DNA of 33,024 nt from Deltaproteobacteria bacterium RIFOXYD12_FULL_50_9 (GCA_001799225.1 MGTA01000167.1:19725-52748); one strand, 5' to 3'. Counted from the stretch's first letter, positions 1-9,574 are shown. Translations and numbers: made by a program. Notes: generated from the letters alone by a model not told the origin.

Positions 1-492
1 CCGCCATTGGTAACTGTCGATAATAATCTGGCACCGGAGGTTGTTCCGGCTGCCTTAAGAGTCCCGGATCTGCCGGCTGAAAATGTCCCTGTAGCGCGCC
101 GGGAGGTGAAGGATGATTGGGATAATTTTCTCGAATTTGTTGATAGTCGCAAAAAATGGATAGCCCAAGCCCTGAAGAGAAATTCAGGAGTCATGGAAGA
201 GAATGGCCTGCTGATTATTAAATTTGATGAGATCACGGATTGCCTGCTTCTCCAGGATGCCGAACATCTGAAATCGGTCGCCGAGTTGGCCCAGGAGTTT
301 TTCCATCGTCCGATGAAGATACGTTATGATGTGAAGGAAGCTAATCAAGCGGAGAGTGAATACTACTCATCCGATAATCTTTTGGAGGATCGCCGGGCAC
401 TGGCTAATGACAGCTTGGTACAGATGGCTACGGAGGTTTTTGGCGGTCAGGTTGTCGCTATCCGCCCAGGCTCTCGTAGAGGTATTTCATAG
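1..492 (+). CDS. dnaX: DNA polymerase III subunit gamma/tau, C-terminal fragment (5' end lies outside the window)
   Basis: Frame 1 is open from nt 1 and ends at TAG 490-492. No start codon is needed in the window; the TTG at 7 in the ORF track is an artefact. No catalytic motif is visible in this tail. The assignment rests on the conserved dnaX-ybaB-recR order. Confidence 0.6.
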   Translation, partial: PPLVTVDNNLAPEVVPAALRVPDLPAENVPVARREVKDDWDNFLEFVDSRKKWIAQALKRNSGVMEENGLLIIKFDEITDCLLLQDAEHLKSVAELAQEFFHRPMKIRYDVKEANQAESEYYSSDNLLEDRRALANDSLVQMATEVFGGQVVAIRPGSRRGIS

Positions 493-520
493 ATAACAAC
501 AGATATTTGAGGTTTTTGTC

Positions 521-829
521 ATGAATATGGAACAGATGATGAAACAGGCTCAACAATTTCAGCAGAGACTCGTACAAGTTCAGGAAGAGCTTGCCAAGAA
601 GAGAGTAAGCTCAACAGTCGGTGGGGGTATGGTTACTGTTACGGTCAATGGTAGGCATGAGGTATTGAGTTTGGCTATTGACCCTGCAGTTATTAACCCG
701 ACTGAGCAAGTTATGCTTCAGGATCTTATTGTTGCAGCTGTCAATGATGCGATGAATAAGGCTCAAACTTTGGCACAGCAGGAGATGGCTCAATTGACGG
801 GTGGCATTCAAATTCCAGGGTTGTTCTGA
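521..829 (+). CDS. ybaB: Nucleoid-associated protein YbaB/EbfC
   Basis: 102 aa. The N-terminus MNMEQMMKQAQQFQQRLVQVQEEL is typical. It also has the GGGMVTVTVNG core and the C-terminal GGIQIPGLF. A GAGG lies 9 nt upstream of the ATG. The gene sits between dnaX and recR. Confidence 0.9.
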   Translation: MNMEQMMKQAQQFQQRLVQVQEELAKKRVSSTVGGGMVTVTVNGRHEVLSLAIDPAVINPTEQVMLQDLIVAAVNDAMNKAQTLAQQEMAQLTGGIQIPGLF

Positions 830-851
830 TTGTTGGCAGAAAGGATCTGAT

Positions 852-1445
852 ATGTATGTGGTTCCTCCGGCATTGGCCAGACTGGTTGCCGATTTAAATC
901 GTTTGCCCGGTATAGGCAAAAAAACAGCTACCAGGCTTGCTTTGTATATTTTGCGACGGCCGGCGGCTGAGGCCCAGAATCTTGCCGTTGATTTAGCTGA
1001 ACTGCACGCCGCAATTAAGCTCTGCAGCAACTGCCATGCCTTTTCAGAATCAGATCCCTGTGCAATTTGTGATGACCCTAAAAGAGACCCTAGTATTGTC
1101 TGTGTTGTAGAAGAGGCAGGAGATCTGTTGGCGATAGAAAAAACGGCATTTTTTCGTGGACAATACCATATATTGCATGGGGTTTTGGCTCCGATGGAGG
1201 GTATCGGACCAGAAGAGATCAAAGTGGATGACCTGCTCAGCAGGGTCAGGCGGCAGCGGATTGCTGAAGTGCTTATTGCAACCAGCTCTACCGTACCCGG
1301 GGAGGCGACTGCCGCATATCTGGCCAATCGTCTTCAGGAATTACCGGTGCGGGTGACTCGATTGGCATGCGGTATACCGATGGGAATGGATATTAAATAT
1401 GCTGATGAACTTACACTTGCCAAGGCAATCGAGTTCAGGAAATAA
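852..1445 (+). CDS. recR: Recombination protein RecR
   Basis: The ATG at 852 gives MYVVPPALARLVADLNRLPGIGKKTATRLALYIL, the helix-hairpin-helix. It has the C4 zinc finger CSNCHAFSESDPCAIC and a Toprim region VCVVEEAGDLLAIE. The ORF-track start at 801 would overlap ybaB, so I rejected it. Confidence 0.93.
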   Translation: MYVVPPALARLVADLNRLPGIGKKTATRLALYILRRPAAEAQNLAVDLAELHAAIKLCSNCHAFSESDPCAICDDPKRDPSIVCVVEEAGDLLAIEKTAFFRGQYHILHGVLAPMEGIGPEEIKVDDLLSRVRRQRIAEVLIATSSTVPGEATAAYLANRLQELPVRVTRLACGIPMGMDIKYADELTLAKAIEFRK

Positions 1446-1477
1446 TCAAAAAAGAGATTTGTTGCCAATGCAGGTAG

Positions 1478-1496
1478 GGGCCTTCTGAGAAGGCCC
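1478..1496 (+). other. GC-rich hairpin after recR (possible terminator, no U-tract)
   Basis: GGGCCTTC (1478-1485) pairs with GAAGGCCC (1489-1496) around a 3-nt loop. It is followed by AAGAAG, not a T-run. Confidence 0.3.
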
Positions 1497-1537
1497 AAGA
1501 AGAGAGTCCGCCGCAGTCCTTTTATTGAGGTTTTCCC

Positions 1538-1566
1538 TTGACATGGCTTAGGAATATTGTTATTTG
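1538..1566 (+). promoter_or_regulatory. Sigma70-type promoter candidate for tRNA-Val (extended -10)
   Basis: TTGACA (1538-1543), a 17-nt spacer ending in TGT, then TATTTG (1561-1566). This predicts a leader of about 56 nt before the tRNA at 1629. Confidence 0.45.
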
Positions 1567-1628
1567 GATGCCGACCGGGAGTTGTTAAGGAAGCTGGAAC
1601 AAATCCTGCAGATTGATCGTGGTTGATT

Positions 1629-1703
1629 AGGCGCGTAGCTCAGCGGGAGAGCGCTACCCTGACACGGTAGATGTCGGCGGTTCAATCCCGCCCGCGCCTA
1701 CCA
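1629..1703 (+). tRNA. tRNA-Val (anticodon GAC)
   Basis: Hand-folded cloverleaf of 75 nt. Acceptor AGGCGCG/CGCGCCT, D arm GCTC-AGCGGGA-GAGC, anticodon arm CTACC-CTGACAC-GGTAG, T arm GGCGG-TTCAATC-CCGCC, discriminator A, encoded CCA. Confidence 0.95.
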
Positions 1704-1734
1704 GGCAATCTAGACTGGTAGGTGGTGATTCATA

Positions 1735-1776
1735 GGAAGCTTCGCATTGGTTATGCCAGTGCGAAGCTTCCTTTTT
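1735..1776 (+). terminator. Intrinsic terminator after tRNA-Val
   Basis: GGAAGCTTCGCA (1735-1746) pairs perfectly with TGCGAAGCTTCC (1760-1771). It is followed by TTTTT (1772-1776). Confidence 0.85.
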
Positions 1777-1881
1777 CGGACAGCCAAAAAAACAAGCCTT
1801 CTGTTTTCAATAGTGCTCCGTACCCGTATAGAAATGTCCAGTTCGAGATTTTTTGAATATTTTTTCAGGAGCTGAAAAAAC

Positions 1882-3804
1882 GTGAGCAGTTCGCAAATTC
1901 ATCTGGCTTTGGTAGGTGGTGAAAAAAAAGAGTTTCCCAAAGGGGTGACGGCCGCTGAGGCTTTGAAATCGTTGCTTTCCAATAAGGAAAGAAAACTGAC
2001 CATTGCAGCTCAATGGGGTGGTGAGCTGATTGATCTGTCCACAGTTCTTGAAGTCGATGGGGAACTGCTGCCAATTACCGTAGGAACACCTGAGGCTCTG
2101 GTGATTTTAAGGCACAGTACCGCCCATGTTATGGCCGAGGCAGTGCTTAGTCTTTTTGGTGATCAGGTGAAGGTGGCAATTGGTCCGGCGATTGATGAGG
2201 GTTTTTACTACGATTTTGGTGAAGTTACCTTCTCAACCGAAGATTTTGAGCGGATCGAAGCCAAGATGCAGGAGATTGTCGAGGCGGCAAGGCCTTTTGT
2301 GCGCAAGAGTGTGGAAAAGGCTGAAGCGGCAGCCTATTTCAAAGAGGCAAAGCAGAACTATAAGCTTGAACTTCTCCAAAGTATCGGGGATGCAACGGTC
2401 TCCCTCTATCAGCAGGGGAGCTTTGTTGATCTGTGCCGGGGGCCGCATGTGCCGCATACCGGCTGGTTGAAATCTTTTAAATTGATTAAGCTGGCTGGGG
2501 CGTACTGGCGGGGTGATGAAAAAAACGCAATGCTGCAGCGTCTTTATGGTACAGCCTTTTTTGATCCCAAGGAATTGAAACAATATCTTAACAACCTTGA
2601 GGAAGCCAAGAAACGGGACCACCGGAAATTGGGTAAGGAGCTCGAACTCTTCACTATCCAGGATCAGGTTGGGCCGGGGCTCATACTCTGGCAGCCCAAA
2701 GGTGCTTTGATCCGTCGGTTGATTGAAGATTTCTGGCGTGACGAGCACTATCGCAACGATTATGAGTTGTTGTATACGCCGCATATTGCAAAGCTTGATC
2801 TTTGGAAAACCAGCGGTCATCTTGATTTCTACGGCGAGAATATGTACTCGTCCATGGATATTGATGAAGTGAGCTATCAGCTCAAGCCGATGAATTGTCC
2901 TTTTCATATTGCAATTTACAAGGCTGCCAAGCGCAGTTATCGGGAGTTTCCTATCCGTTGGTGCGAATTGGGAACGGTCTATCGCTATGAACGGACCGGG
3001 GTACTGCACGGACTGTTGCGGGTTAGAGGATTCACTCAGGATGATGCCCATATTTTTTGCAGAGAAGATCAGCTTGAAAACGAGATTTTCAACATACTTG
3101 ATCTGAACATAAAGATCCTTAAGACCTTTGGTTTTGACCAGTACGATATCTATCTTTCAACCCGTCCTGCCAAGTATGTCGGCAGTGATGAACATTGGCA
3201 GCAATCCACTGAGGCGTTGAAGTTGGCGCTTGAGAAAAAAGGGCTTGCCTACCATCTTGATCCGGGCGAAGGGGTGTTCTATGGCCCGAAGATAGATATC
3301 AAGATCAAGGATGTTCTTGGGCGGTCTTGGCAGTGTTCGACTATTCAGGTGGATTTTAACCTGCCTGAACGCTTTGAGATCAGTTATATCGGCGAAGATG
3401 GCCGCGAGCATCAGCCGATCATGATTCACCGGGCCTTGATGGGTTCACTTGAGCGCTTTATTGGCGTGTTGATTGAGCACTATGCCGGCGCATTTCCGCT
3501 TTGGCTGGCGCCGATACAGGCCAGAATCCTGAATATTACCGACTCCCAGATTCCTTATGTGGAAGAGGTCTACAGCGCCTTGAGAGGTGCTGGTGTCAGG
3601 GTTGAAAAAGATGCAAGAAACGAGAAACTGAACTATAAGATCAGAGAAGCGCAACTGCAGAAAATTCCATTTATGGTGATTCTTGGCGACAAAGAGGTTG
3701 AAACCAATACGTTAACTGTGCGATTGCGGGACGGCAAAAATCTGCCGGCCATGACAGTTGCGGAGTTTATCTTGCTTGTCCAACAGGATAGTCGGCGTTT
3801 ATGA
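1882..3804 (+). CDS. thrS: Threonine--tRNA ligase
   Basis: 640 aa with a GTG start and AGGAG 10 nt upstream. It has an N-terminal TGS-like domain and the editing-site segment RHSTAHVMAEA. Class II core segments include FRGFTQDDAHIF and GPKIDIKIKD. A C-terminal anticodon-binding domain is present. Confidence 0.97.
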   Translation: MSSSQIHLALVGGEKKEFPKGVTAAEALKSLLSNKERKLTIAAQWGGELIDLSTVLEVDGELLPITVGTPEALVILRHSTAHVMAEAVLSLFGDQVKVAIGPAIDEGFYYDFGEVTFSTEDFERIEAKMQEIVEAARPFVRKSVEKAEAAAYFKEAKQNYKLELLQSIGDATVSLYQQGSFVDLCRGPHVPHTGWLKSFKLIKLAGAYWRGDEKNAMLQRLYGTAFFDPKELKQYLNNLEEAKKRDHRKLGKELELFTIQDQVGPGLILWQPKGALIRRLIEDFWRDEHYRNDYELLYTPHIAKLDLWKTSGHLDFYGENMYSSMDIDEVSYQLKPMNCPFHIAIYKAAKRSYREFPIRWCELGTVYRYERTGVLHGLLRVRGFTQDDAHIFCREDQLENEIFNILDLNIKILKTFGFDQYDIYLSTRPAKYVGSDEHWQQSTEALKLALEKKGLAYHLDPGEGVFYGPKIDIKIKDVLGRSWQCSTIQVDFNLPERFEISYIGEDGREHQPIMIHRALMGSLERFIGVLIEHYAGAFPLWLAPIQARILNITDSQIPYVEEVYSALRGAGVRVEKDARNEKLNYKIREAQLQKIPFMVILGDKEVETNTLTVRLRDGKNLPAMTVAEFILLVQQDSRRL

Positions 3805-3903
3805 TACTTCCTGCTTGCTAATTGAATGAATTGACGCTATTCTTTCAAGTTTATGAGAATGAATAAGCAAGTGATTTAAAATCACAACAGTGGAGGTAAG
3901 AGT

Positions 3904-4443
3904 ATTAAAGAGAAGAACAAAGCCGTGAAGGGCCGGGAAATTAGGGCACGAGTTGGTAACCAGATCCGCGCGGTTGCCGTGAGACTGATAGACGAAGAAG
4001 GTGGCCAGATCGGTGTTGTGACTGTTCCGGAAGCCTTGGCCAAAGCCGAACAAGCTGGATTGGATTTGGTTGAGATATCTCCCACAGCTGATCCGCCGGT
4101 TTGCCGGATTATGGATTATGGAAAATTCCGGTATGAACAGAGCAAAAAGCTGCAGGATGCCAAGAAAAAACAGACCGTCATAGAGATTAAAGAGATTAAG
4201 CTGCGGCCAAAAACGGAAAAACATGATCTGGAGTTCAAGATCAGAAGCATCAGAAAGTTTTTGGCTCAAAAGAATAAAGTGAAGGTGACCTTGCGTTTTC
4301 GGGGTCGGGAGATCGTTTACGCTGACAGTCTGGGCATCGAAGTGCTGAACAAGATCGGCGAAGCAGTCTTGGATATAGGTGTAATTCTGCAGTCTCCCAA
4401 GGTTGAAGGCCGGCAAATGGCAATGTTTCTTGGACCTAAGTGA
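3904..4443 (+). CDS. infC: Translation initiation factor IF-3, probable AUU start
   Basis: IF-3 core: RVGNQIRAVAVRLIDEEGGQIGVV...CRIMDYGKFRYEQSKK...KEIKLRPKTEKHDLEFK. The frame is open from 3880. ATT at 3904 lies 7 nt after GGAGG (3892-3896). The track start, GTG at 3925, has no Shine-Dalgarno. The start call alone has confidence about 0.6. Confidence 0.9.
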   Translation: MKEKNKAVKGREIRARVGNQIRAVAVRLIDEEGGQIGVVTVPEALAKAEQAGLDLVEISPTADPPVCRIMDYGKFRYEQSKKLQDAKKKQTVIEIKEIKLRPKTEKHDLEFKIRSIRKFLAQKNKVKVTLRFRGREIVYADSLGIEVLNKIGEAVLDIGVILQSPKVEGRQMAMFLGPK

Positions 4444-4514
4444 TAGTGTAAGATGAGTTTTTAAACGATATAGTATTATTTATTTTTTGATCCAAACCGT
4501 ATGGAGAGTGGATT

Positions 4515-4712
4515 ATGCCGAAGATGAAGACCAACAGGGGTGCTGCTAAGCGTTTTAAAATGACCGGCACTGGAAAGATTAAGAGGAGTAAGGCTTTTTC
4601 CAGCCATATTCTCACCAAAAAATCGACCAAAAGAAAACGGAACCTGCGTAAATCCGCTTTGGTTGAGTCAGCAAATTTAAAGAGTGTAAAAAGACTGGTT
4701 CCCTATCTGTAA
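4515..4712 (+). CDS. rpmI: 50S ribosomal protein L35
   Basis: 65 aa, [24 protein letters not shown]..., highly basic. GGAGAG lies 6 nt upstream. It sits in the canonical infC-rpmI-rplT position. Confidence 0.95.
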   Translation: MPKMKTNRGAAKRFKMTGTGKIKRSKAFSSHILTKKSTKRKRNLRKSALVESANLKSVKRLVPYL

Positions 4713-4860
4713 GAGTGTGTGTCTTGCCATTAGATTAGTGTATTAAGTCGTATACGATGATGCCAGGATCAGTAAACATTATTCAGAACGTTCAGCAGAC
4801 GATGAAGAGATTCATAACAGGTTTGCTGCATTGATGATTTGTTAGAGAGGAGATATTGAG

Positions 4861-5205
4861 ATGCCTAGAGTTACGCGTGGTTTTAAAGCCCGTCGAAGAA
4901 GAAACAAGATACTCAACATGGCCAAAGGCTATATAGGCGGCCGTAGTCGTCTTTTTAAGACCGCTGCCGAGGCGGTTGATCGTGCGTTGGTATATGCCTA
5001 TCGTGATCGCCGAACCAAAAAGCGTGATTTTAGAAGGCTTTGGATCGTCCGGATAGCTGCTGCTGCCAAAATGAATGGAACGTCATACAGTAAATTGATA
5101 GGTGGATTGAAGAAAGCTAAAGTTGATCTTGACAGAAAGGTCTTGTCTAATATGGCTATTCTTGATCCGCAGGCTTTTACCGCAATCGTTAAATTAGCCT
5201 CCTGA
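4861..5205 (+). CDS. rplT: 50S ribosomal protein L20
   Basis: 114 aa, [24 protein letters not shown]...[29 protein letters not shown] lies upstream. Confidence 0.95.
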   Translation: MPRVTRGFKARRRRNKILNMAKGYIGGRSRLFKTAAEAVDRALVYAYRDRRTKKRDFRRLWIVRIAAAAKMNGTSYSKLIGGLKKAKVDLDRKVLSNMAILDPQAFTAIVKLAS

Positions 5206-5233
5206 ATTCTTCTGCGCCTGTCACTATTCCGCC

Positions 5234-6247
5234 ATGGAAGAAGAATTACTGCGGCTGCAATCAGAGGCGAAAACCGAACTCTCTACTATTATCCGCCCGG
5301 ATGAACTTGAGTCTTTCAGGGTTAAATATTTAGGGAGGAAATGTACTCTTACTATGCTGATGCGGAAACTTGGCGAGGTTTCCGCGCAGGATCGTCCTCG
5401 GCTTGGTAATCTGGCGAACAGCATTAAAAAAGAGATAGAGGCTGATTTCCTTGAAAAGGAGATGGCCTTGACTCAACTGCAGGCCACCGGAAAAGGAGAG
5501 TCCAGAAAAGATTTAACTCTTCCGGGGCGGGTGATTCCTTTTGGACGTCGTCATCCGGTCTCTCAGGTTATGCTTGAGATCTGCCGTATTTTTGAAGGAC
5601 TCGGTTTTGCAGTGGCTGAAGGGTCCGATGTCGAAACAGATTATTATAATTTCGAGGCCTTGAATATCCCCAAGCATCATCCTGCCAGGGATATGCACGA
5701 CACCTTTTATTTTGATGAGAGCGTCTTGCTGAGGACGCATACCTCCCCCATGCAGATCAGGGCCATGGAGAAACAGGAGCCGCCTCTTCGTATTATTGCT
5801 CCCGGCAAGGTGTACCGCTGCGATTCCGATATCACTCATACCCCGATGTTTCATCAAGTTGAAGGATTTCTTGTTGACCGGCATGTCTCATTTGCTGATC
5901 TTAAGGGGGTTCTTTCTATTTTTATTGCCAAGATGTTTGATAGTAATGTTGCTATCCGTTTTCGTCCGAGTTTCTTTCCTTTTACTGAACCTAGTGCTGA
6001 AGTTGATATAGCCTGTGTGATATGTGATGGAAAGGGGTGTCGTGTTTGTAAACAAACTGGCTGGATTGAGATTCTTGGGGCAGGTCTTATTGATCCCGAG
6101 GTGTTTAGAATGGTTGGTTATGACTCCGAGAAGTTCAGTGGGTTTGCCTTTGGCATTGGGGCTGAGAGAATCGCCATGCTTAAATACGGAATCAATGATA
6201 TCCGTCTTTATTACGAAAATGACATGCGTTTTCTTTCGCAGTTCTGA
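5234..6247 (+). CDS. pheS: Phenylalanine--tRNA ligase alpha subunit
   Basis: 337 aa. It has an N-terminal coiled-coil and class II motifs (HPARDMHDTFY, FRPSFFPFTEPSAEVD, GFAFGIGAERIAML). Confidence 0.97.
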   Translation: MEEELLRLQSEAKTELSTIIRPDELESFRVKYLGRKCTLTMLMRKLGEVSAQDRPRLGNLANSIKKEIEADFLEKEMALTQLQATGKGESRKDLTLPGRVIPFGRRHPVSQVMLEICRIFEGLGFAVAEGSDVETDYYNFEALNIPKHHPARDMHDTFYFDESVLLRTHTSPMQIRAMEKQEPPLRIIAPGKVYRCDSDITHTPMFHQVEGFLVDRHVSFADLKGVLSIFIAKMFDSNVAIRFRPSFFPFTEPSAEVDIACVICDGKGCRVCKQTGWIEILGAGLIDPEVFRMVGYDSEKFSGFAFGIGAERIAMLKYGINDIRLYYENDMRFLSQF

Positions 6248-6315
6248 TAGCAGGTTGTTTTTTGCCGTATTATATTTTCGGCATTTTTTTAATGATTTAA
6301 AAAGCGGATTGACTC

Positions 6316-8739
6316 ATGAAATGCACCCTATCCTGGTTACGTAATTATATAGAGTGTGATCTCCCGACTGCCAAGTTGGTGCAAGGTCTGGTCATGGCTG
6401 GGCTTGAGGTTGATTCATGTCAGGAACTTTTTGAATATTTGAATGACAGCGTCAGGATAGTCAGAATTAAATCTGTTCGTCCGCATCCGCAGGCCGATCG
6501 TCTGGTATTATGTGATGTGGATGCCGGAGGCGAGAGAGTTCTCAGGATCGTCTGCGGGGCTCCTAATGCCAGACCTGGCCTGTTGACTGTGCTGGCCTTA
6601 CCGGGCACATCGTTACCGAATGGCGTAATTATCAAACAGAGCAAGATCCGTGGGGAGATTTCCGAGGGCATGCTTTGTTCGGAAAAAGATCTTGGGATTT
6701 CTGAAAATAATGCCGGGATTATAGACCTGCCAGACTCTTATGCGGTTGGCGAGCCTTTAGTTGATGCTCTTGATTTGCATGATACCTTGCTGGAAGTGGA
6801 TATTACTCCCAATCGACCTGATTGTGCCAGTGTTATTGGTATTGCACGGGAGATTGCCGGTTTTGCCGGGAAAAAACTGCGGGTTCCGGTTGCCCAGAAT
6901 CTTCCAGCCCTCACTGGCCAAAATCTGCCATTTTCAGTGGCGGTTGATTCTGCTGCCTGTCCTCGCTATTCCGCACGTCTTCTTAATGATGTAACTATAG
7001 CGCCTTCGCCGTGGTGGCTTAAGAAAATCCTGTTGGCTGTCGGCCTTCGTCCGATCAATAATGTTGTTGATATTACGAATTTCGTGATGCTTGAATTCGG
7101 TCAGCCTCTACATGCTTTTGATTTCGATCGTTTGGCCGGTGCTGGAATTATTGTCCGGCAGGCCCGACCATTAGAGAAGATCAATACCCTTGACGGCGTT
7201 GCACGGCAACTCGATCCGGAGATGCTGGTTATCTGTGATCATGAAAAACCTGTAGCTGTTGCTGGGATCATGGGCGGGTCAAGTTCTGAGGTGACTGCCT
7301 CCACCAAGCGGATTCTGCTTGAAAGCGCCTACTTTGATCCAGTCAGTATTCGTCGCACGGTCCGCAAGCTTAATATGAGTACTGATTCATCATACCGTTT
7401 TGAAAGGGGGGTTGATCCTGAGGGTATTCCAAAGGCCTTGGAGCGGGCGGTTCAGCTAATCGTTGAGTTAACCGGCGCTAAGCTTGTTGATGACGGTATT
7501 GATCTTATTCAAGGATTACCGGAAAAGAAGGTTATAAAGCTTAGGGTGCAGAGAGTCAGTGATCTCCTTGGAATCAATATCAGTGCCGAGGAGATCGAAC
7601 GTTTGCTGTTAGGTATTGAGATTATTGCTAGGCAGATTGATGAGTTGACTTTTGAAGTTGTGCCGCCGACTTTCAGGGTAGATCTTGAGCGCGAAATTGA
7701 TTTGATTGAAGAGATTGCCAGACTCAAGGGATATAATGAGTTGCCAAGCACCCTCCCCGTGACTCCTATGAGTTTTCCGGAGAATTGTCCTGTTCGTTCT
7801 CTTCGGGATAAGATAGCCGCCACCATGGTTGCCTTAGGTTTTTATGAGGCCATCAATTATAGTTTCGTCAGCGATCACAATGTTGATCTATTGGGGCTTG
7901 CTGTTCAAGACAAACGCCGACAGCAATTACGGCTTAAAAATCCGTTGGCTGAAGATCAGAATGTCATGAGGACCACTCTTCTACCGGCTTTGCTTGAAAA
8001 TGTTCGGCGCAACATCAACCATCAGACTTCCGATTTGCAACTTTTTGAGGTTGGCAAGGTGTTCCTCCCGCAGGGCGGAGAACTGCCTGAAGAGGATGAA
8101 CGTCTGACCGTTGTAATGTGTGGTAGACGCTATCCGGGTGCCCCCGTACTTCACTATTCGGCTAATGCCGTGGTCGATATCCATGATATCCGTGGGGTTG
8201 TTGAAACCATTTTGCTCCAACAGGCATGTGCTGGCGTAATATTCGACACCGATAGCGTCGATGAACAGTTGGGCGAAGCTGGCGAGTCAGTCGTATTAAG
8301 AGCTAATGGTCGGATGTTGGGCGGCTATGGACTGGTAGCTCGAAATATTCTTAAGAATTTTGGCATAAAACAGGATGTCTATTTTATAGATTTAAGCATC
8401 TCTTTATTGAGCCTGATTCCTCCCGAACCCAAAACATTTCGTCCATTATCGAGATATCCATCCGTCACATGGGATGTTGCCTTGGTTGTGCCGGAGGCCA
8501 TCAAATGCGGTGAGCTTTTACAGGCTGTGCATGAAGCTAAAGAAGTGTTGTTCGAGAAGGTTGAACTTTTTGATATCTATCAGGGAAATAATATTGATAA
8601 AGGCACTAAAAGTGTAGCATTGTCAATTACTTATCGTTCAGCTGATCATACATTGGAAGATGATGAAGTTGAAATAACACATAAAAAAATAATCAACTTG
8701 CTTATCTCACGGTTTCAGGGCAAGTTGCGAGAGGTGTGA
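6316..8739 (+). CDS. pheT: Phenylalanine--tRNA ligase beta subunit
   Basis: 807 aa with the MKCTLSWLRNYI start. It has an OB-type tRNA-binding domain (VRIKSVRPHPQADRLVLCDVD), B3_4 and B5 regions, and a C-terminal FDX-ACB-like domain. Confidence 0.97.
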   Translation: MKCTLSWLRNYIECDLPTAKLVQGLVMAGLEVDSCQELFEYLNDSVRIVRIKSVRPHPQADRLVLCDVDAGGERVLRIVCGAPNARPGLLTVLALPGTSLPNGVIIKQSKIRGEISEGMLCSEKDLGISENNAGIIDLPDSYAVGEPLVDALDLHDTLLEVDITPNRPDCASVIGIAREIAGFAGKKLRVPVAQNLPALTGQNLPFSVAVDSAACPRYSARLLNDVTIAPSPWWLKKILLAVGLRPINNVVDITNFVMLEFGQPLHAFDFDRLAGAGIIVRQARPLEKINTLDGVARQLDPEMLVICDHEKPVAVAGIMGGSSSEVTASTKRILLESAYFDPVSIRRTVRKLNMSTDSSYRFERGVDPEGIPKALERAVQLIVELTGAKLVDDGIDLIQGLPEKKVIKLRVQRVSDLLGINISAEEIERLLLGIEIIARQIDELTFEVVPPTFRVDLEREIDLIEEIARLKGYNELPSTLPVTPMSFPENCPVRSLRDKIAATMVALGFYEAINYSFVSDHNVDLLGLAVQDKRRQQLRLKNPLAEDQNVMRTTLLPALLENVRRNINHQTSDLQLFEVGKVFLPQGGELPEEDERLTVVMCGRRYPGAPVLHYSANAVVDIHDIRGVVETILLQQACAGVIFDTDSVDEQLGEAGESVVLRANGRMLGGYGLVARNILKNFGIKQDVYFIDLSISLLSLIPPEPKTFRPLSRYPSVTWDVALVVPEAIKCGELLQAVHEAKEVLFEKVELFDIYQGNNIDKGTKSVALSITYRSADHTLEDDEVEITHKKIINLLISRFQGKLREV

Positions 8740-8744
8740 CACAA

Positions 8745-9035
8745 ATGAAGCGATCAAATATTACCAGAAAGGATCTGACCAGAATTGTTTGTGAAAAGAT
8801 GGGATTGTCCCAGCGTGGAGCGAGCGAATTAGTTGACTCATTCTTTGCAAACGTGAAAAAGTCATTGCTGACAGAAGAATCTGTTAAAATAGTGCAGTTC
8901 GGAACTTTTATTGTCAGAAAGAAAGCGCCACGGGTGGGCAGAAATCCCAGAACGGGCGAGACAATGGAAATAGTTCGTCGAAGTATGGTGTCTTTTAAGC
9001 CTAGCAAAGGGCTGCGGGAACGGATTAACGAGTAG
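8745..9035 (+). CDS. ihfA: Integration host factor alpha subunit
   Basis: DNABII fold with the arm GRNPRTGETMEIVRRSMVSFKPSKGLRERI. It lies directly after pheT, as E. coli ihfA/himA does. I prefer the ATG at 8745. An in-frame GTG at 8736 overlaps the pheT stop (GTGA) and is an alternative start. Confidence 0.88.
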   Translation: MKRSNITRKDLTRIVCEKMGLSQRGASELVDSFFANVKKSLLTEESVKIVQFGTFIVRKKAPRVGRNPRTGETMEIVRRSMVSFKPSKGLRERINE

Positions 9036-9075
9036 GTGTCCGGAATCGAAGCCTCTAGCGTATTAGTTGAGAGGT

Positions 9076-9453
9076 ATGATAACGTTGGCCGCAGAACAGG
9101 TGGGAGAGATCCCGGATAAGCTTTACTTCAAGATCGGTGAGGTTTGTGAACTTACCGGTGTGAAGCAGCATGTTTTGCGCTACTGGGAGAGTGAATTCCA
9201 TCATATTAAGCCCCAGCGTATCGGTTCTAGTCAGCGCTTATATCGACGGTCGGATATTGATAACATCTTAGTTGTTAAGAAATTGTTGAAAGAGGAAGGG
9301 CTCAGTATTCCCGGAGCCAAGAAATTTTTGGCTCGTTCTCGGCACATTGAATCACCTGAAATTTCGGATAATATCAAACAGGCCGGAGCGTTGACTCTCC
9401 TTGAAGAGATAAAAAAAGAGTTGCATACAATCAGGAAAATTCTTGAGGAGTGA
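9076..9453 (+). CDS. MerR-family transcriptional regulator
   Basis: N-terminal MerR helix-turn-helix: [25 protein letters not shown]...[36 protein letters not shown]. The start is uncertain: TTG 9067 in the track or ATG 9076. Confidence 0.82.
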   Translation: MITLAAEQVGEIPDKLYFKIGEVCELTGVKQHVLRYWESEFHHIKPQRIGSSQRLYRRSDIDNILVVKKLLKEEGLSIPGAKKFLARSRHIESPEISDNIKQAGALTLLEEIKKELHTIRKILEE

Positions 9454-9483
9454 TGTCTATTAACAGTTTCCAGTTTGATATCC

Positions 9484-9512
9484 TTGACAATTTATCAGGT
9501 GCTTGTTAAAAG
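9484..9512 (+). promoter_or_regulatory. Sigma70-type promoter candidate for tRNA-Pro (extended -10)
   Basis: TTGACA (9484-9489), a 17-nt spacer ending in TGT, then TAAAAG (9507-9512). It has the same architecture and about the same 56-nt leader length as the tRNA-Val candidate. Confidence 0.45.
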
Positions 9513-9574
9513 TAATCCCTTAATTTACCTGGAAATATTATAGAGTGTTTTTGTGTATTTACTTTGATTTAGGT

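Noticed and set aside
611-1327. 238-aa ORF antisense to ybaB and recR
   Set aside because: It lies entirely opposite two well-supported genes. It has no recognisable motifs and a Ser/Ala/Arg-rich shadow-frame composition.
1777-1881. tRNA-Thr anticodon-arm mimic (ThrRS operator) in the thrS leader; two CGTA motifs at about 1820-1832
   Set aside because: I could not fold a convincing anticodon-like stem-loop around them. The E. coli-type operator is not known to be general.
2233-3051. 272-aa ORF antisense to thrS
   Set aside because: It is a shadow ORF inside a confidently identified aminoacyl-tRNA synthetase gene, with no Shine-Dalgarno or motif support.
3799-4416. 205-aa ORF antisense to infC
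   Set aside because: It overlaps the whole IF-3 gene on the opposite strand and has no recognisable domain.
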